Assembly (NCBI GenBank): GCA_035690485.1 | Contig: DASSKL010000008.1 | Location: 62,586-126,585 of the forward strand | Source: Mycobacteriales bacterium | GTDB lineage: Bacteria > Actinomycetota > Actinomycetes > JAFAQI01 > DASSKL01 | DNA length: 64,000 bases | Reading direction: 5' to 3' | In this document: positions 27,928 through 37,445 of the stretch, in pieces | Layout: the number at the start of each line of letters is the position of its first letter | How positions within the stretch are numbered: the stretch's first letter is position 1 | The notes under the pieces: generated by a model | Told to the model about the DNA's origin: nothing | The model's input: the letters and a program-made list of their open reading frames with translations, nothing else | Databases searched by the model: none | Position numbers and translations under genes: made by a program

Positions 27928-28383
27928 CTAGGCGCGCACGACGACGGTGCCGGTCGCCCGGTCGTGCAGCCCGCGTCCGTCGCGGTCCGTGAACAGCACG
28001 GTGAAGATCAGCGCGAGCAGCACCGCTCGGGGCACCGCCCACCAGCCGATGCCTGCGTGCTGCGTCCGGCGCGCCACCGAGATCACGCGAAGCCCGGTGA
28101 GGCGCATGCCGGCGCTCTGCCCGCCGAGCCCCACGAGCACGGCGTACTCCACGAGGAACACCAGCGTGCTCCAGATGCCGGTGTGCACCGACCCCGCCGG
28201 GATCGTCGCCACGAGCCAGGACAGCACCGCATCGACCGCGAACGCCACGAACCGTGGACCGAGCCCCACGGCGGACCCCGGCCCGCTCGCCGGTAGCCCC
28301 AAGGACTGCCCGCGGTAGTCGTGCAGCTCGGAGCCCGCCGGCGGCGCATCGAGCCACGAGCCGGAGATCCGCGGGGAGGCCAT
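27928..28383 (-). CDS. RDD-family membrane protein (Rv2219A-like)
   Basis: 151 aa with 3 TM and an RDD-like pattern. Conserved position between the DUF4191 gene and glnA. Confidence 0.7.
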   Translation of the reverse strand: MASPRISGSWLDAPPAGSELHDYRGQSLGLPASGPGSAVGLGPRFVAFAVDAVLSWLVATIPAGSVHTGIWSTLVFLVEYAVLVGLGGQSAGMRLTGLRVISVARRTQHAGIGWWAVPRAVLLALIFTVLFTDRDGRGLHDRATGTVVVRA

Positions 28384-28414
28384 GGCTCCACGGTAACCGC
28401 CGCGATGATGCGGC

Positions 28415-30640
28415 TCAGAGCGACAGCTCGAACCAGACCGTCTTCGCCAGGTCCGTCGACTCGACGCCCCAGCGACGGGCCAGGTGCTCGATCAGGTGCA
28501 GGCCGCGCCCGCCCTCCGCCGCAGCGTTGGGTCGCCCGCGCCGCAGCGGTGCGTGCGGAGCCTGGTCGACCACCTCGACGCGGACGCCGTCGGTCGCGAG
28601 GCGCAGTGTGCGCAGGCGCAGCGACGTCCCCGCATGCCGCACCGCGTTGGTGACCACCTCGCTCACGAGCAGCGTCGCGGTCTCGACGAGCTCGTCGAGA
28701 CCCCATGACGCCAGCACGTGCTCGACGGCGGAGCGCGCCTGCGCCGGTGACTGGATGTCCGCGGGCAGCTCCTGCACGAGCTCGCTGATGGGCTGACCCT
28801 CGCCCGCGGGCAGGGTCCACAGCGCGAGCAGGGCGACGTCGTCGTCGGATGCGGGCTGCACCGCGAGCGCCGCCTCGCAGGCCGCCTCCGCCCCGCGCAC
28901 TCCGTCGACCGCGCGAGCCAGCCGGCGCATGCCCTCGTCGACAGGTAGGTCGGGACTCTCGACGAGCCCGTCGGTGTAGAGGAGCAGCAGCGAGCCGAGC
29001 GGGAGGGTGACGACGCGTTCGCCGTACGAACCGAGGCCGACGCCGAGCGGGGGACCTGGTTCGAGCGGCAGGAAGGCCGCCGGGTCGCCGTGCGACACCA
29101 GCAGCGGCGGCGGATGGCCGGCGCAGGCGAGCAGCGCGCGGTCGGTGGTCGGGTCCCACTCGACGTAGCAGCAGGTGACGATCAGCGCGTCGTCGAGGGA
29201 GGCCACGAGCCGGTCGAGGCGACCCAGGATGCCCGCGGGGCTGTGCCCTTCCAGGACGTAGCCACGGATGGCCGCCAGGACCTGCCCCATGACCGCGGCG
29301 GCACGGACCCCGCGGCCCATGACGTCGCCGACGACGAGCCCCACACACCCCGAGGGCAACGGCACGACGTCGTAGAAGTCGCCGCCCACCGACATGCCGC
29401 GGGTCCCGGGCAGGTAGCGCACGGCCACCTCGGCGCCGGCCACGGCCGGCAGGTCGACCGGCAGCAGCGACCGTTGCAGGGTGTGCGCGATCTCGCTCTG
29501 CTGATGGAAGAGCCGCGCGTTGTCGAGTGCCAGCGCGAGCCGGCCGGCGAGCTCCCTCATCTCGGCCAGGTCATCGGCACCGAGGGGCGGGCGCTGACCG
29601 ATCGTCGCCATGGTGAGCACGCCGAGTCCGCGCCCGTGCGCCCGCAACGGCAGGACCAGCCCCGACCCCAGGTCGATCTCGTGCAGGAGCGCGAGCTGCG
29701 CCGCCTCGTCGACCAGGTCGCGGTAGTCGTCATCGCCCCGCTGGAACAACCGCGGCAGCCCGCTGTCCATCGTCGAGCGGATGAGGTCGCCACCGCGCCC
29801 GTCGAGGGTCCGGGCGAATCCGTTCAGGGCGTGGCCGATGAGCGGGTCGGCATGGTCGCCGCCGGCGATCTGCCACGTGTCGTCGGGGCCGGCGAGCACG
29901 ACGATCGCCACGTCGGCCAGGCGGTCGGTCGCCAGCCGGCACAGCTCCTCGCACAGCGGCCGGGCCTCGGTCACCCCTGCGAACAGCCGCCCCGACTCGG
30001 CGAGCAGCTCCAGCCGGTCGCGAGAGCGCCGCTCGACCGAGATCATGCGAGCGCGGTGCAGCGCGACGGAGCACTGGGCGATGACGGTGTCGAAGAACGA
30101 GAGGTTGGCCGGGTCGGTCAGGAGCCCGCCGTCGGCGAAGCTGGCCGACAGCACGCCGAGGACCTCACCGCCCTGGACGAGGGGTTCGCAGACGTACGCC
30201 GCGCCGACACTCGCCCCGCCCAGCAGTCCGGGGTAGCGCTCGTCGCGCTCCGCGACGGACAGCAGGGTGACGCGCTGCGCGTGCAATGCGGACTCGGCAG
30301 CGGGCGCGCGCGCGTCGAGCGGCATGTCGGTGAGGCAGGCGATGACGTCAGCGGGGTAGCCGACGTGGCCCTGCAGGGCCAGCATGCCCCGCTCGCGATC
30401 GAGCATCCAGACCGCGCCGGCCACCGCGCCGAGCAGCGACAGTCCGCTCTCCACCATGGTGCGCACGACGGCTTCGACGGCGAGGGCGCCGAGCAGGTCG
30501 GCGCTGACGGCCTGGAGCCGGCGCAGCCGTTGCGCCACCTGCTCCGTCGAGGCGTGCGCGAGCTGCTCCTCGTCGAACACGCCGAAATCCTTCGGACGAA
30601 GCGGCTCCCCCTGCGGAGGCACCGGCGGCGACACGCTCAT
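28415..30640 (-). CDS. Multidomain regulator with N-terminal GAF-like region(s), a PP2C/SpoIIE phosphatase domain and a C-terminal HATPase_c (anti-sigma/RsbW-like) domain
   Basis: 741 aa. PP2C motifs (GGDFYDV..., VGDVMGRGV..., LLLYTDGLVE). The C-terminal ATPase pattern VSEVVTNAVRHAG... GRGLHLIEHLARRWG is like GHKL anti-sigma kinases. Confidence 0.8.
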   Translation of the reverse strand: MSVSPPVPPQGEPLRPKDFGVFDEEQLAHASTEQVAQRLRRLQAVSADLLGALAVEAVVRTMVESGLSLLGAVAGAVWMLDRERGMLALQGHVGYPADVIACLTDMPLDARAPAAESALHAQRVTLLSVAERDERYPGLLGGASVGAAYVCEPLVQGGEVLGVLSASFADGGLLTDPANLSFFDTVIAQCSVALHRARMISVERRSRDRLELLAESGRLFAGVTEARPLCEELCRLATDRLADVAIVVLAGPDDTWQIAGGDHADPLIGHALNGFARTLDGRGGDLIRSTMDSGLPRLFQRGDDDYRDLVDEAAQLALLHEIDLGSGLVLPLRAHGRGLGVLTMATIGQRPPLGADDLAEMRELAGRLALALDNARLFHQQSEIAHTLQRSLLPVDLPAVAGAEVAVRYLPGTRGMSVGGDFYDVVPLPSGCVGLVVGDVMGRGVRAAAVMGQVLAAIRGYVLEGHSPAGILGRLDRLVASLDDALIVTCCYVEWDPTTDRALLACAGHPPPLLVSHGDPAAFLPLEPGPPLGVGLGSYGERVVTLPLGSLLLLYTDGLVESPDLPVDEGMRRLARAVDGVRGAEAACEAALAVQPASDDDVALLALWTLPAGEGQPISELVQELPADIQSPAQARSAVEHVLASWGLDELVETATLLVSEVVTNAVRHAGTSLRLRTLRLATDGVRVEVVDQAPHAPLRRGRPNAAAEGGRGLHLIEHLARRWGVESTDLAKTVWFELSL

Positions 30641-30740
30641 CGCCGGTGGCCGGCTCGACGCCGGGCGGTGGTGCCCGTCACCATGCGACGGTAGCGCCGT
30701 CGGGTGGACAATCGCTGACGGCTACCCCGACTTCCGCTGC

Positions 30741-30778
30741 GTAACCCTCGCGAAACATCCGGGATACGGCTCGGAAAC
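30741..30778 (+). promoter_or_regulatory. Double GlnR box (gTnAc-n6-GaAAc x2) upstream of glnA
   Basis: gtaac-cctcgc-gaaac at 30741..30756 and gatac-ggctcg-gaaac at 30763..30778, with half-site starts 22 bp apart. They lie 73-110 bp upstream of the glnA ATG (30851, RBS GGGAGG). Confidence 0.6.
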
Positions 30779-30850
30779 CGCGTCGGCGTACGTTCATCCG
30801 CGGGCAACCACCAGGCCACAGGGGCCCGCACGGGCCCACGGGAGGATTAG

Positions 30851-32275
30851 ATGTTCACCAGCGCGGACGAGGTTCTCGCCTACATCTCCGATCACGACGT
30901 GAAGTTCGTCGATGTCCGGTTCTGCGACCTGCCGGGCGTCATGCAGCACGTCTCGATCCCGGCGGAGAACTTCGGGCGGCGGGTGTTCGAAGAGGGCCTG
31001 ATGTTCGACGGTTCCTCGATCCGCGGCTTCCAGCAGATCCACGAGTCGGACATGCTGCTGCTGCCCGACCCGACGAGCGCCGTGGAGGACCCATTCCGTC
31101 AGCACAAGACGCTGGTCCTCAACTTCTTCATCCACGACCCGTTGACCGGTGAGGCCTACAGCCGCGACCCGCGCAACATCGCCCGCAAGGCCGAGGACTA
31201 CGTGCGAGGCTCGGGCATCGCGGACACGGCCTACTTCGGCCCGGAGGCGGAGTTCTACATCTTCGACTCGATCCGCTACGACTCGACGCCGCACTCGACC
31301 TACCACTACATCGACTCGGTCGAGGCCGCGTGGAACACCGGCCGCGACGAGGACGGCGGCAACAAGGGCTACAAGCCGGCGTACAAGGGCGGATACTTCC
31401 CGACCCCGCCGACCGACCACTTCATCGACCTGCGCGCGGAGATGGTGCGCAAGCTGCTGGAGACCGGACTCGACGTCGAGCTGCACCACCACGAGGTCGG
31501 CACCGCCGGCCAGTCGGAGATCGGCTTCCGGTTCGGCACGCTGCTCAAGACGGCCGACAACCTCATGTGGTTCAAGTACGTCGTCAAGAACGTCGCGCTG
31601 GCCGCGGGCCACACGGTGACGTTCATGCCGAAGCCCATCTTCGGTGACAACGGCTCGGGCATGCACTGCCACCAGTCGCTGTGGAAGGACGGCGCCCCGC
31701 TGTTCTACGACGAGGTCGGCTACGCGGGGCTGTCCGACACTGCGCGCTACTACATCGGCGGCCTGCTCAAGCACGCGCCCGCGCTGCTCGCCTTCACCAA
31801 CCCGACGACCAACTCCTACCGGCGGCTGGTGCCGGGCTACGAGGCTCCGGTCAACCTGGTCTACTCGCAGCGCAACCGCTCGGCCTGCTGCCGGATCCCG
31901 ATCACCGGTACCAACCCGAAGGCCAAGCGCATCGAGTTCCGGGTGCCCGACCCCTCGTGCAACCCCTACCTCGCGTTCGCAGCGATGCTGATGGCCGGCG
32001 TCGACGGCATCCGCAACAAGATCGAGCCCCCGGAGCCGATCGACAAGGACCTCTACGAGCTGCCGCCCGACGAGCACGCCGCGGTCGCGCAGGTGCCCGG
32101 TTCGCTGGAGCGGGTGCTCGACGAGCTCGAGGCCGACCACGAGTGGCTGCTCGAGGGCGGTGTCTTCACGCCGGACGCGATCGACACGTGGCTCGACTAC
32201 AAGCGGGTGCACGAGGTCGACCCGATCCGGCTGCGCCCGCACCCGTACGAGTTCCAGATGTACTACTCCATCTAG
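30851..32275 (+). CDS. glnA: Glutamine synthetase type I (GlnA1-like)
   Basis: 474 aa. The full GSI signature, including the adenylylation-site region and N-terminus [29 protein letters not shown]. Confidence 0.95.
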   Translation: MFTSADEVLAYISDHDVKFVDVRFCDLPGVMQHVSIPAENFGRRVFEEGLMFDGSSIRGFQQIHESDMLLLPDPTSAVEDPFRQHKTLVLNFFIHDPLTGEAYSRDPRNIARKAEDYVRGSGIADTAYFGPEAEFYIFDSIRYDSTPHSTYHYIDSVEAAWNTGRDEDGGNKGYKPAYKGGYFPTPPTDHFIDLRAEMVRKLLETGLDVELHHHEVGTAGQSEIGFRFGTLLKTADNLMWFKYVVKNVALAAGHTVTFMPKPIFGDNGSGMHCHQSLWKDGAPLFYDEVGYAGLSDTARYYIGGLLKHAPALLAFTNPTTNSYRRLVPGYEAPVNLVYSQRNRSACCRIPITGTNPKAKRIEFRVPDPSCNPYLAFAAMLMAGVDGIRNKIEPPEPIDKDLYELPPDEHAAVAQVPGSLERVLDELEADHEWLLEGGVFTPDAIDTWLDYKRVHEVDPIRLRPHPYEFQMYYSI

Positions 32276-32353
32276 CGCGCCCGACATCCGCTTCCGGCTC
32301 GACCGTCGCGAAGGCCCTGGCGCGGCAACCGGCGACCTGAGCGGGGCTCGTGC

Positions 32354-35300
32354 GTGCCCCGGATTCTCCCGGTTGCGGTTGCCGCGGACGCGGCTGGCGT
32401 GGATCCTCAGCACATGGGGGGACCGACGGGCCGGGCGCAGCACGCTGCCCGGCTACGTCCGTACGTGGCCAGCCTTGTGCTGACCTGGCTCCGCGACTCG
32501 CCCCAGGCAACGTGGCGTGAGGTCGACGGCACGCTGGTCTTCGTCGACATCTCGGGCTTCACCAAGCTGACCGAGCGGCTGGCCGAGCGCGGCAAGGGCG
32601 GCGCCGAGGAGATGAGCGACATCCTCGACGCCACGTTCGGCGAGCTGCTTTGGGTCGCCTACTCCTACGGCGCGCAGCTGGTGAAGTGGGGCGGCGACGC
32701 GGTCCTGCTGCTGTTCACCGGAGACGGGCACGCGCCGCGGGCCTGCCGCGCGGCGTACGACATGCGGGCGACGATGCGCCGCATCGGCCACCTGCGCACG
32801 TCGGCCGGTGCCGTGACCCTGCGCATGAGCGTCGGCATCCACAGCGGCACGTTCCACTTCTTCCTGGTCGGCACGCTGCACCGCGAGCTGCTCGTCACAG
32901 GACCGGGCGCGACCACCACGGCCCGCATCGAGGGCGTCGCGGAAGCCGGCGAGATCGGCCTGTCCCCGCAGACGGCCGCCCTGCTGGCGCCGAACCTCGT
33001 CGGCGTGGAGAAGACGCCTGGCGTGTGGCTGCTGCGCGGCCGGCCACGGGTGCCGGAGACTCCGCGCCGGACGACGCTCGACCTGGCCGGCATCGACGTC
33101 GCGAGCTGCCTGACTGCACCGACCCGCGAGCACCTGCTGGCAGGTGGCACCGACGGTGAGCACCGGCAGATCGCGGTCGCGTTCGTGGAGTTCAAGGAGA
33201 CCGACGCCTTGCTGGCCGCCCAGGGTCCGGGCGCGCTGGCCGCCGCCCTGCACGAGGTCGTCTCGGTGACGCAGGACGCCTGCGCGCGTCACGGGGTGAC
33301 GTTCTGGGAGACCGACATCAGTCCCGACGGCGGCAAGATCATGCTCGTGGGCGGAGCCCCGCGCAGCACCGACGACGACGCCGGCGCGATGCTGGCGACC
33401 GCGCGCGACGTGGCCGACGGCGTGCGAACGCTGCCTTTACGCATCGGGGTCAACCACGGCCGGGTGTTCTCCGGCGACTTCGGCCCCGACTACCGGCGTA
33501 CCTACTCGGTCAAGGGCGATGCGGTCAACCTCGCCGCCCGCGTCATGGGCAAGGCAGCGCCCGGCGAGGTCTGGGCGACGGAGGGGGTCCTGGAGCACTC
33601 GCGCCTGTCGTTCGATGCCGAGAGGCTCGAGCCCTTCCTGGTCAAGGGCAAGGCCAGGCCGGTGCAGGCCTACCGGCTCGGCCGGGTGATGCAGGGACGG
33701 GTCGGGACCCCCGACGACGACCTGCCACTCATCAGTCGCGAACGCGAGCTCGCCGTCCTCCACGACGCGACGGCTGCCGCAGCCGCCGGCCGCGGCTGTC
33801 TGGTCGAGCTGGTCGGGGAACCGGGCATCGGCAAGAGCCGCCTCCTGGCCGAGCTCGCCTGCCGGTCACCCGACCTGCGGACCGTCGACGTCGGCTGCGA
33901 CGCCTACCACTCTTCGACGCCGTACGCACCGTTCCGCACGTTGCTGCGCGAACTACTGGACATCCCGTACGACGCCGAGCCGGGAACGGCGGGAGAGCTG
34001 CTCGCGACGCGGCTGCACGACACGGCACCGGACCTGCTCCAGTGGCTGCCCCTGGTCGCGGTCGTCGTCGACGCCGACGTCGCGCCCACGGCGGCGACCA
34101 GCGCGTTGGACGAGAAGTTCCGCAAGGGCCGGCTGGAGCAGGTGACCACCGAGCTGCTGCACCGGCTGCTTCCGAGCGCAACCCTCGTCGTGGTGGAGGA
34201 CGCCCATCTCGCCGACGACGCGTCCGCCGACCTCCTCGCCCACGTCGCCGAGAGCATCGCAAGCCGCCCCTGGGCCATGGTGGTCAGCCGGCACACCTCC
34301 CCCGGCGGTTTCGCGCCGCAGGCGCCGTCCGCCCGTATCGACCTGCTGCCGCTCGACGACTTCGCCGCGCAGACCATGCTCGCGATCGCCGCCGAGGAGT
34401 CGCCGCTCCCGCCGCACGAGTTCGCGGCACTCGCCCAGCGCGCCGAGGGCAACCCGCTGTTCCTGTTGCAACTGCTCGACGCCGTGCGTCGCACCGGCAG
34501 CGTGGACGAGCTGCCCGACTCCATCGAAGGCGTCATCACGGCGCGCATCGACCGGCTGCCCCCGCGGGAACGGCGCCTGCTCCGGACCGCGGCGGTGCTC
34601 GGCGTCCGGTTCGAACCGCGTGTCCTCGACGCGGTGCTCGACGCCGACGGCGACCGGCTCGAGGCCGAACGGCTGGCCGACTTCCTGCAGCTCGGCGACG
34701 ACGGGATGGTGGCCTTCCGCCATGCCCTGGTGCGCGACACGGCCTACGAGGGGTTGCCGTTCACCCGTCGGCGCGAGCTGCACGGTCGGGCCGGCGACGT
34801 GCTCGAGCGGCTGTACGGCGAGCGCACCGACGAACGCGCGGACCTGCTGTCGCTGCACTTCCTGCAGGCAGGTCGTTTCGAAAGGGCATGGCGCTATGCC
34901 CGCGTGGCCGGGCAACGCGCCGACGGCGCTTACGCCTACGTGGAGTCGGCCGTCTTCTACGAGCGCGCGCTCGCCGCCGCCCGGCGCAGCGCAGACGCCG
35001 ACACGGCGGCCATCGCGGACGTCACCGAACGCCTGGGCGACGCGCGCTCGCGGCTCGGCGAGTTCGCCCGGGCCGATGCGGCCTACGCCGACGCGGCGCG
35101 GGCGCTGCGTTCGCAGCCCCTGGACCGAGCCCGCATCTTCTACAAGCAGGCGGACATCTGCGTACGGGAGGGAGCGCACAGCCCGGCCCTGCGGCGGCTC
35201 AGCCGGGGGCTCACGGTCCTGTCCGACCAGCCGGGAATCGAGGCCCGGCGGCTGCGGGCCCGGCTCAGCTCCTTCTACGGACTCGTCCGGCACAACCAGG

Positions 35301-36271
35301 GGCGCGACCGCGACGCCGCCCGGTGGGGCCGCCGCGCCGTGGTCGAAGCAGAGACCTCGCGTTCGCCGGCGACCCTGGCGGAGGCGTTGCTGCATCTCGA
35401 CGTCTGCCTGACCTTCGCCGACGACGGGGGCGGCAAGAACGCGCGGCGGGCGCTGGGCCTCTGGCGCCGGCTCGGCGACTCCTGGCAGGAGGCCCGCACG
35501 CTGAACCAGCTGGGCATCCGCGCCTACTTCGGGGGGCGCTGGCCCGAGGCGCTCGCGCACTACCGCGACGCGGCGGCAGCCTTCGACCGAGCCGGCGACC
35601 AGTGGATGGCCTCCGTGGTGCGAGGCAACCTCGCCGAGACGCTGTCGGACCAGGGCCATGTCGAAGAGGCGATCGGCATCCTCGAGCTGACACTGCCGGC
35701 CTGGCGCGCGTCGAGCGCGCCCACCATGGTGGGCTTCGGCCTCAGCCTGCTCGCGCGCGCGCACGTGCGGGCCGGCCGGTTCGAGGAAGCGGCACCGCTG
35801 TACGCCGAGGCGCGCGCGTTGTTCACCGAGCACGGCGAGCCGGTCGAGGTGCTGGAAACCGATGCGCGCCGCGTCGAGTCGTCCGTGCTGCAGGGACGCG
35901 GCGTCGCGGTGTTGGGCGACGTCGCGGAGCTGCTCGAGCGATGCCATCGGCTGCCCGGCGGTGAGGGTCTGGCCGCCACGGCCCACCGCCTGCACGGGCT
36001 GGCGCTCGCCCAGCTGGGCGACCTACTCGAAGCCCGCGCGGCGCTGCAGCGCAGCATCGCCTCCGCCCAGCAGCGGGGCGCCACCCACGAGATCGTCTGG
36101 GCCCTCGACGCCCTCGATCAGCTGGCCGGCGCCAGTCAGCAGCTGCCGATCCCGAGCCAGTCGACCGAGCTGCGGTCGCTCATGGACGGTCTGGGCATGG
36201 TGCAGATCGCCCGCCCTGGCCCGACCGGTCACGCCATCGACGTGACCCGCGACGCAACCATCGCCCGGTAG
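32354..36271 (+). CDS. Tandem class III nucleotidyl cyclase (CHD x2) / AAA+ STAND ATPase / TPR-repeat protein
   Basis: CHD1 has VFVDISGFT, KWGGDAVLLLF and GIHSG. CHD2 has VAFVEFKETD, RIGVNHGRVFSGDFG and VKGDAVNLAARV. The P-loop is GEPGIGKSRLL. C-terminal TPR-like helical repeats. 1305 aa. The start is either GTG 32354 or ATG 32414. Confidence 0.8.
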   Translation: MPRILPVAVAADAAGVDPQHMGGPTGRAQHAARLRPYVASLVLTWLRDSPQATWREVDGTLVFVDISGFTKLTERLAERGKGGAEEMSDILDATFGELLWVAYSYGAQLVKWGGDAVLLLFTGDGHAPRACRAAYDMRATMRRIGHLRTSAGAVTLRMSVGIHSGTFHFFLVGTLHRELLVTGPGATTTARIEGVAEAGEIGLSPQTAALLAPNLVGVEKTPGVWLLRGRPRVPETPRRTTLDLAGIDVASCLTAPTREHLLAGGTDGEHRQIAVAFVEFKETDALLAAQGPGALAAALHEVVSVTQDACARHGVTFWETDISPDGGKIMLVGGAPRSTDDDAGAMLATARDVADGVRTLPLRIGVNHGRVFSGDFGPDYRRTYSVKGDAVNLAARVMGKAAPGEVWATEGVLEHSRLSFDAERLEPFLVKGKARPVQAYRLGRVMQGRVGTPDDDLPLISRERELAVLHDATAAAAAGRGCLVELVGEPGIGKSRLLAELACRSPDLRTVDVGCDAYHSSTPYAPFRTLLRELLDIPYDAEPGTAGELLATRLHDTAPDLLQWLPLVAVVVDADVAPTAATSALDEKFRKGRLEQVTTELLHRLLPSATLVVVEDAHLADDASADLLAHVAESIASRPWAMVVSRHTSPGGFAPQAPSARIDLLPLDDFAAQTMLAIAAEESPLPPHEFAALAQRAEGNPLFLLQLLDAVRRTGSVDELPDSIEGVITARIDRLPPRERRLLRTAAVLGVRFEPRVLDAVLDADGDRLEAERLADFLQLGDDGMVAFRHALVRDTAYEGLPFTRRRELHGRAGDVLERLYGERTDERADLLSLHFLQAGRFERAWRYARVAGQRADGAYAYVESAVFYERALAAARRSADADTAAIADVTERLGDARSRLGEFARADAAYADAARALRSQPLDRARIFYKQADICVREGAHSPALRRLSRGLTVLSDQPGIEARRLRARLSSFYGLVRHNQGRDRDAARWGRRAVVEAETSRSPATLAEALLHLDVCLTFADDGGGKNARRALGLWRRLGDSWQEARTLNQLGIRAYFGGRWPEALAHYRDAAAAFDRAGDQWMASVVRGNLAETLSDQGHVEEAIGILELTLPAWRASSAPTMVGFGLSLLARAHVRAGRFEEAAPLYAEARALFTEHGEPVEVLETDARRVESSVLQGRGVAVLGDVAELLERCHRLPGGEGLAATAHRLHGLALAQLGDLLEARAALQRSIASAQQRGATHEIVWALDALDQLAGASQQLPIPSQSTELRSLMDGLGMVQIARPGPTGHAIDVTRDATIAR

Positions 36272-36274
36272 GAC

Positions 36275-37288
36275 TCAGAAGAACTTCGGGTCCTGAGGGT
36301 TGCCGGGAACCTGGACGATCGCGTGCTGGGCGGCCTTCACCTTGAACAGGTCGCTGATGCATGGCTGGTCGCTAACCCCGGCGGCAGCGAGCGCGCTGCA
36401 CAGTGGGAGCGGCCCCTGCGTTGGACTGGTCTCCGACTGGGGCGGCAGGAGCGTGCCGTCGCTGCCTTCGGTGTAAAACCCGTAGGGCGCCGACATGCAG
36501 ACTTCCCAATGGGGCGTGCCGTTGTCCGTATAGGCGTTCGTCGTCTGCTTGTCCCAGGCCAGCTCCACCGACTTGCTCCCGGTCGTCGAGTCGGAGCTGA
36601 GCATCTGGTCGACGACGACGTACTCCGGTCGCGTTTCCGACACGCAGGCCTCGCTGTTCGGCGCGACGTTCATGAATAGTGAGCCGACCCTGGTGTCGAA
36701 CGCCACGGTGCCAGACGTGTGCACCCCGCTGTCCGTGCAAGGGCTGGCGGTGCACACGATGCCGGCCACGGTCAGCTGCGGAGCCGACCCGCTCAACAGG
36801 AAGTCGTTGCCCGACCCGGAGAAGTCGTTGGACTGCTTGACCGCCGAGCCGATCGTGTAGGTGCCGTCGGTGGTCGGGGTGAACGACACCGGAATGACGA
36901 CGGAGCCCGAGTCCGGCACGCCCGAGCTGCTGGACGACGAACGCAGCTGCACGACGAACTGCGAAGCGCTGCTGGTCACCGTCGCGGAGAAGTCGGCACA
37001 TGCGGGCACGCTCGGGCAGATGAGGGCGCCCACGTTAGGAGTCCCGCTGTAGGGCAGCGCGAACGTGATGTTGGCAGATGCGAAGTACTGGTTGGCGGTG
37101 ATGTTGCTCAACGTGACCTGCACCGTGGTTTGCGCGCCGGCCGGCACGTTGGTCGGCGAGATGCTCGCGGTGTAGAACTTCTTGGCCGCTTGCGCGGATG
37201 CAGGAGCACCGACGAGGGTCGCTGCCACCAGGGCGGCGACTCCGACGACCACGGCTGTGCCGAGGTGCCTCCGACGACGTGCTCTCAT
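36275..37288 (-). CDS. Secreted protein (signal peptide) with Cys-containing C-terminal domain ending in QDPKFF
   Basis: N-terminus MRARRRRHLGTAVVVGVAALVAATLVGAPASAQA. Ser/Thr-rich beta-sandwich-like middle. C-terminal domain shared with 37446..38765 (W.VCM.APY.F ... PC.S ... VPG..QDPKFF). Confidence 0.65.
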   Translation of the reverse strand: MRARRRRHLGTAVVVGVAALVAATLVGAPASAQAAKKFYTASISPTNVPAGAQTTVQVTLSNITANQYFASANITFALPYSGTPNVGALICPSVPACADFSATVTSSASQFVVQLRSSSSSSGVPDSGSVVIPVSFTPTTDGTYTIGSAVKQSNDFSGSGNDFLLSGSAPQLTVAGIVCTASPCTDSGVHTSGTVAFDTRVGSLFMNVAPNSEACVSETRPEYVVVDQMLSSDSTTGSKSVELAWDKQTTNAYTDNGTPHWEVCMSAPYGFYTEGSDGTLLPPQSETSPTQGPLPLCSALAAAGVSDQPCISDLFKVKAAQHAIVQVPGNPQDPKFF

Positions 37289-37445
37289 AGCCGCCCCCCT
37301 CCGATCGGCGGGTCACCGCCGCACGGCACGCATGCTGGACCGTTGGCCAGGCCGCGACAAGAGCACGGCCGGACCAGTCTCGTCAGACGGGATCGCCCGC
37401 GCAGCCACGAAATACCGCCTACCGGTCGGAACGTCGAGACCCACG

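Noticed and set aside
34042-35964. 640-aa + strand ORF in another frame within the cyclase-STAND gene
   Set aside because: The frame 32354..36271 carries the cyclase, P-loop and TPR motifs. The alternative frame is Arg/Pro/Ala-rich.
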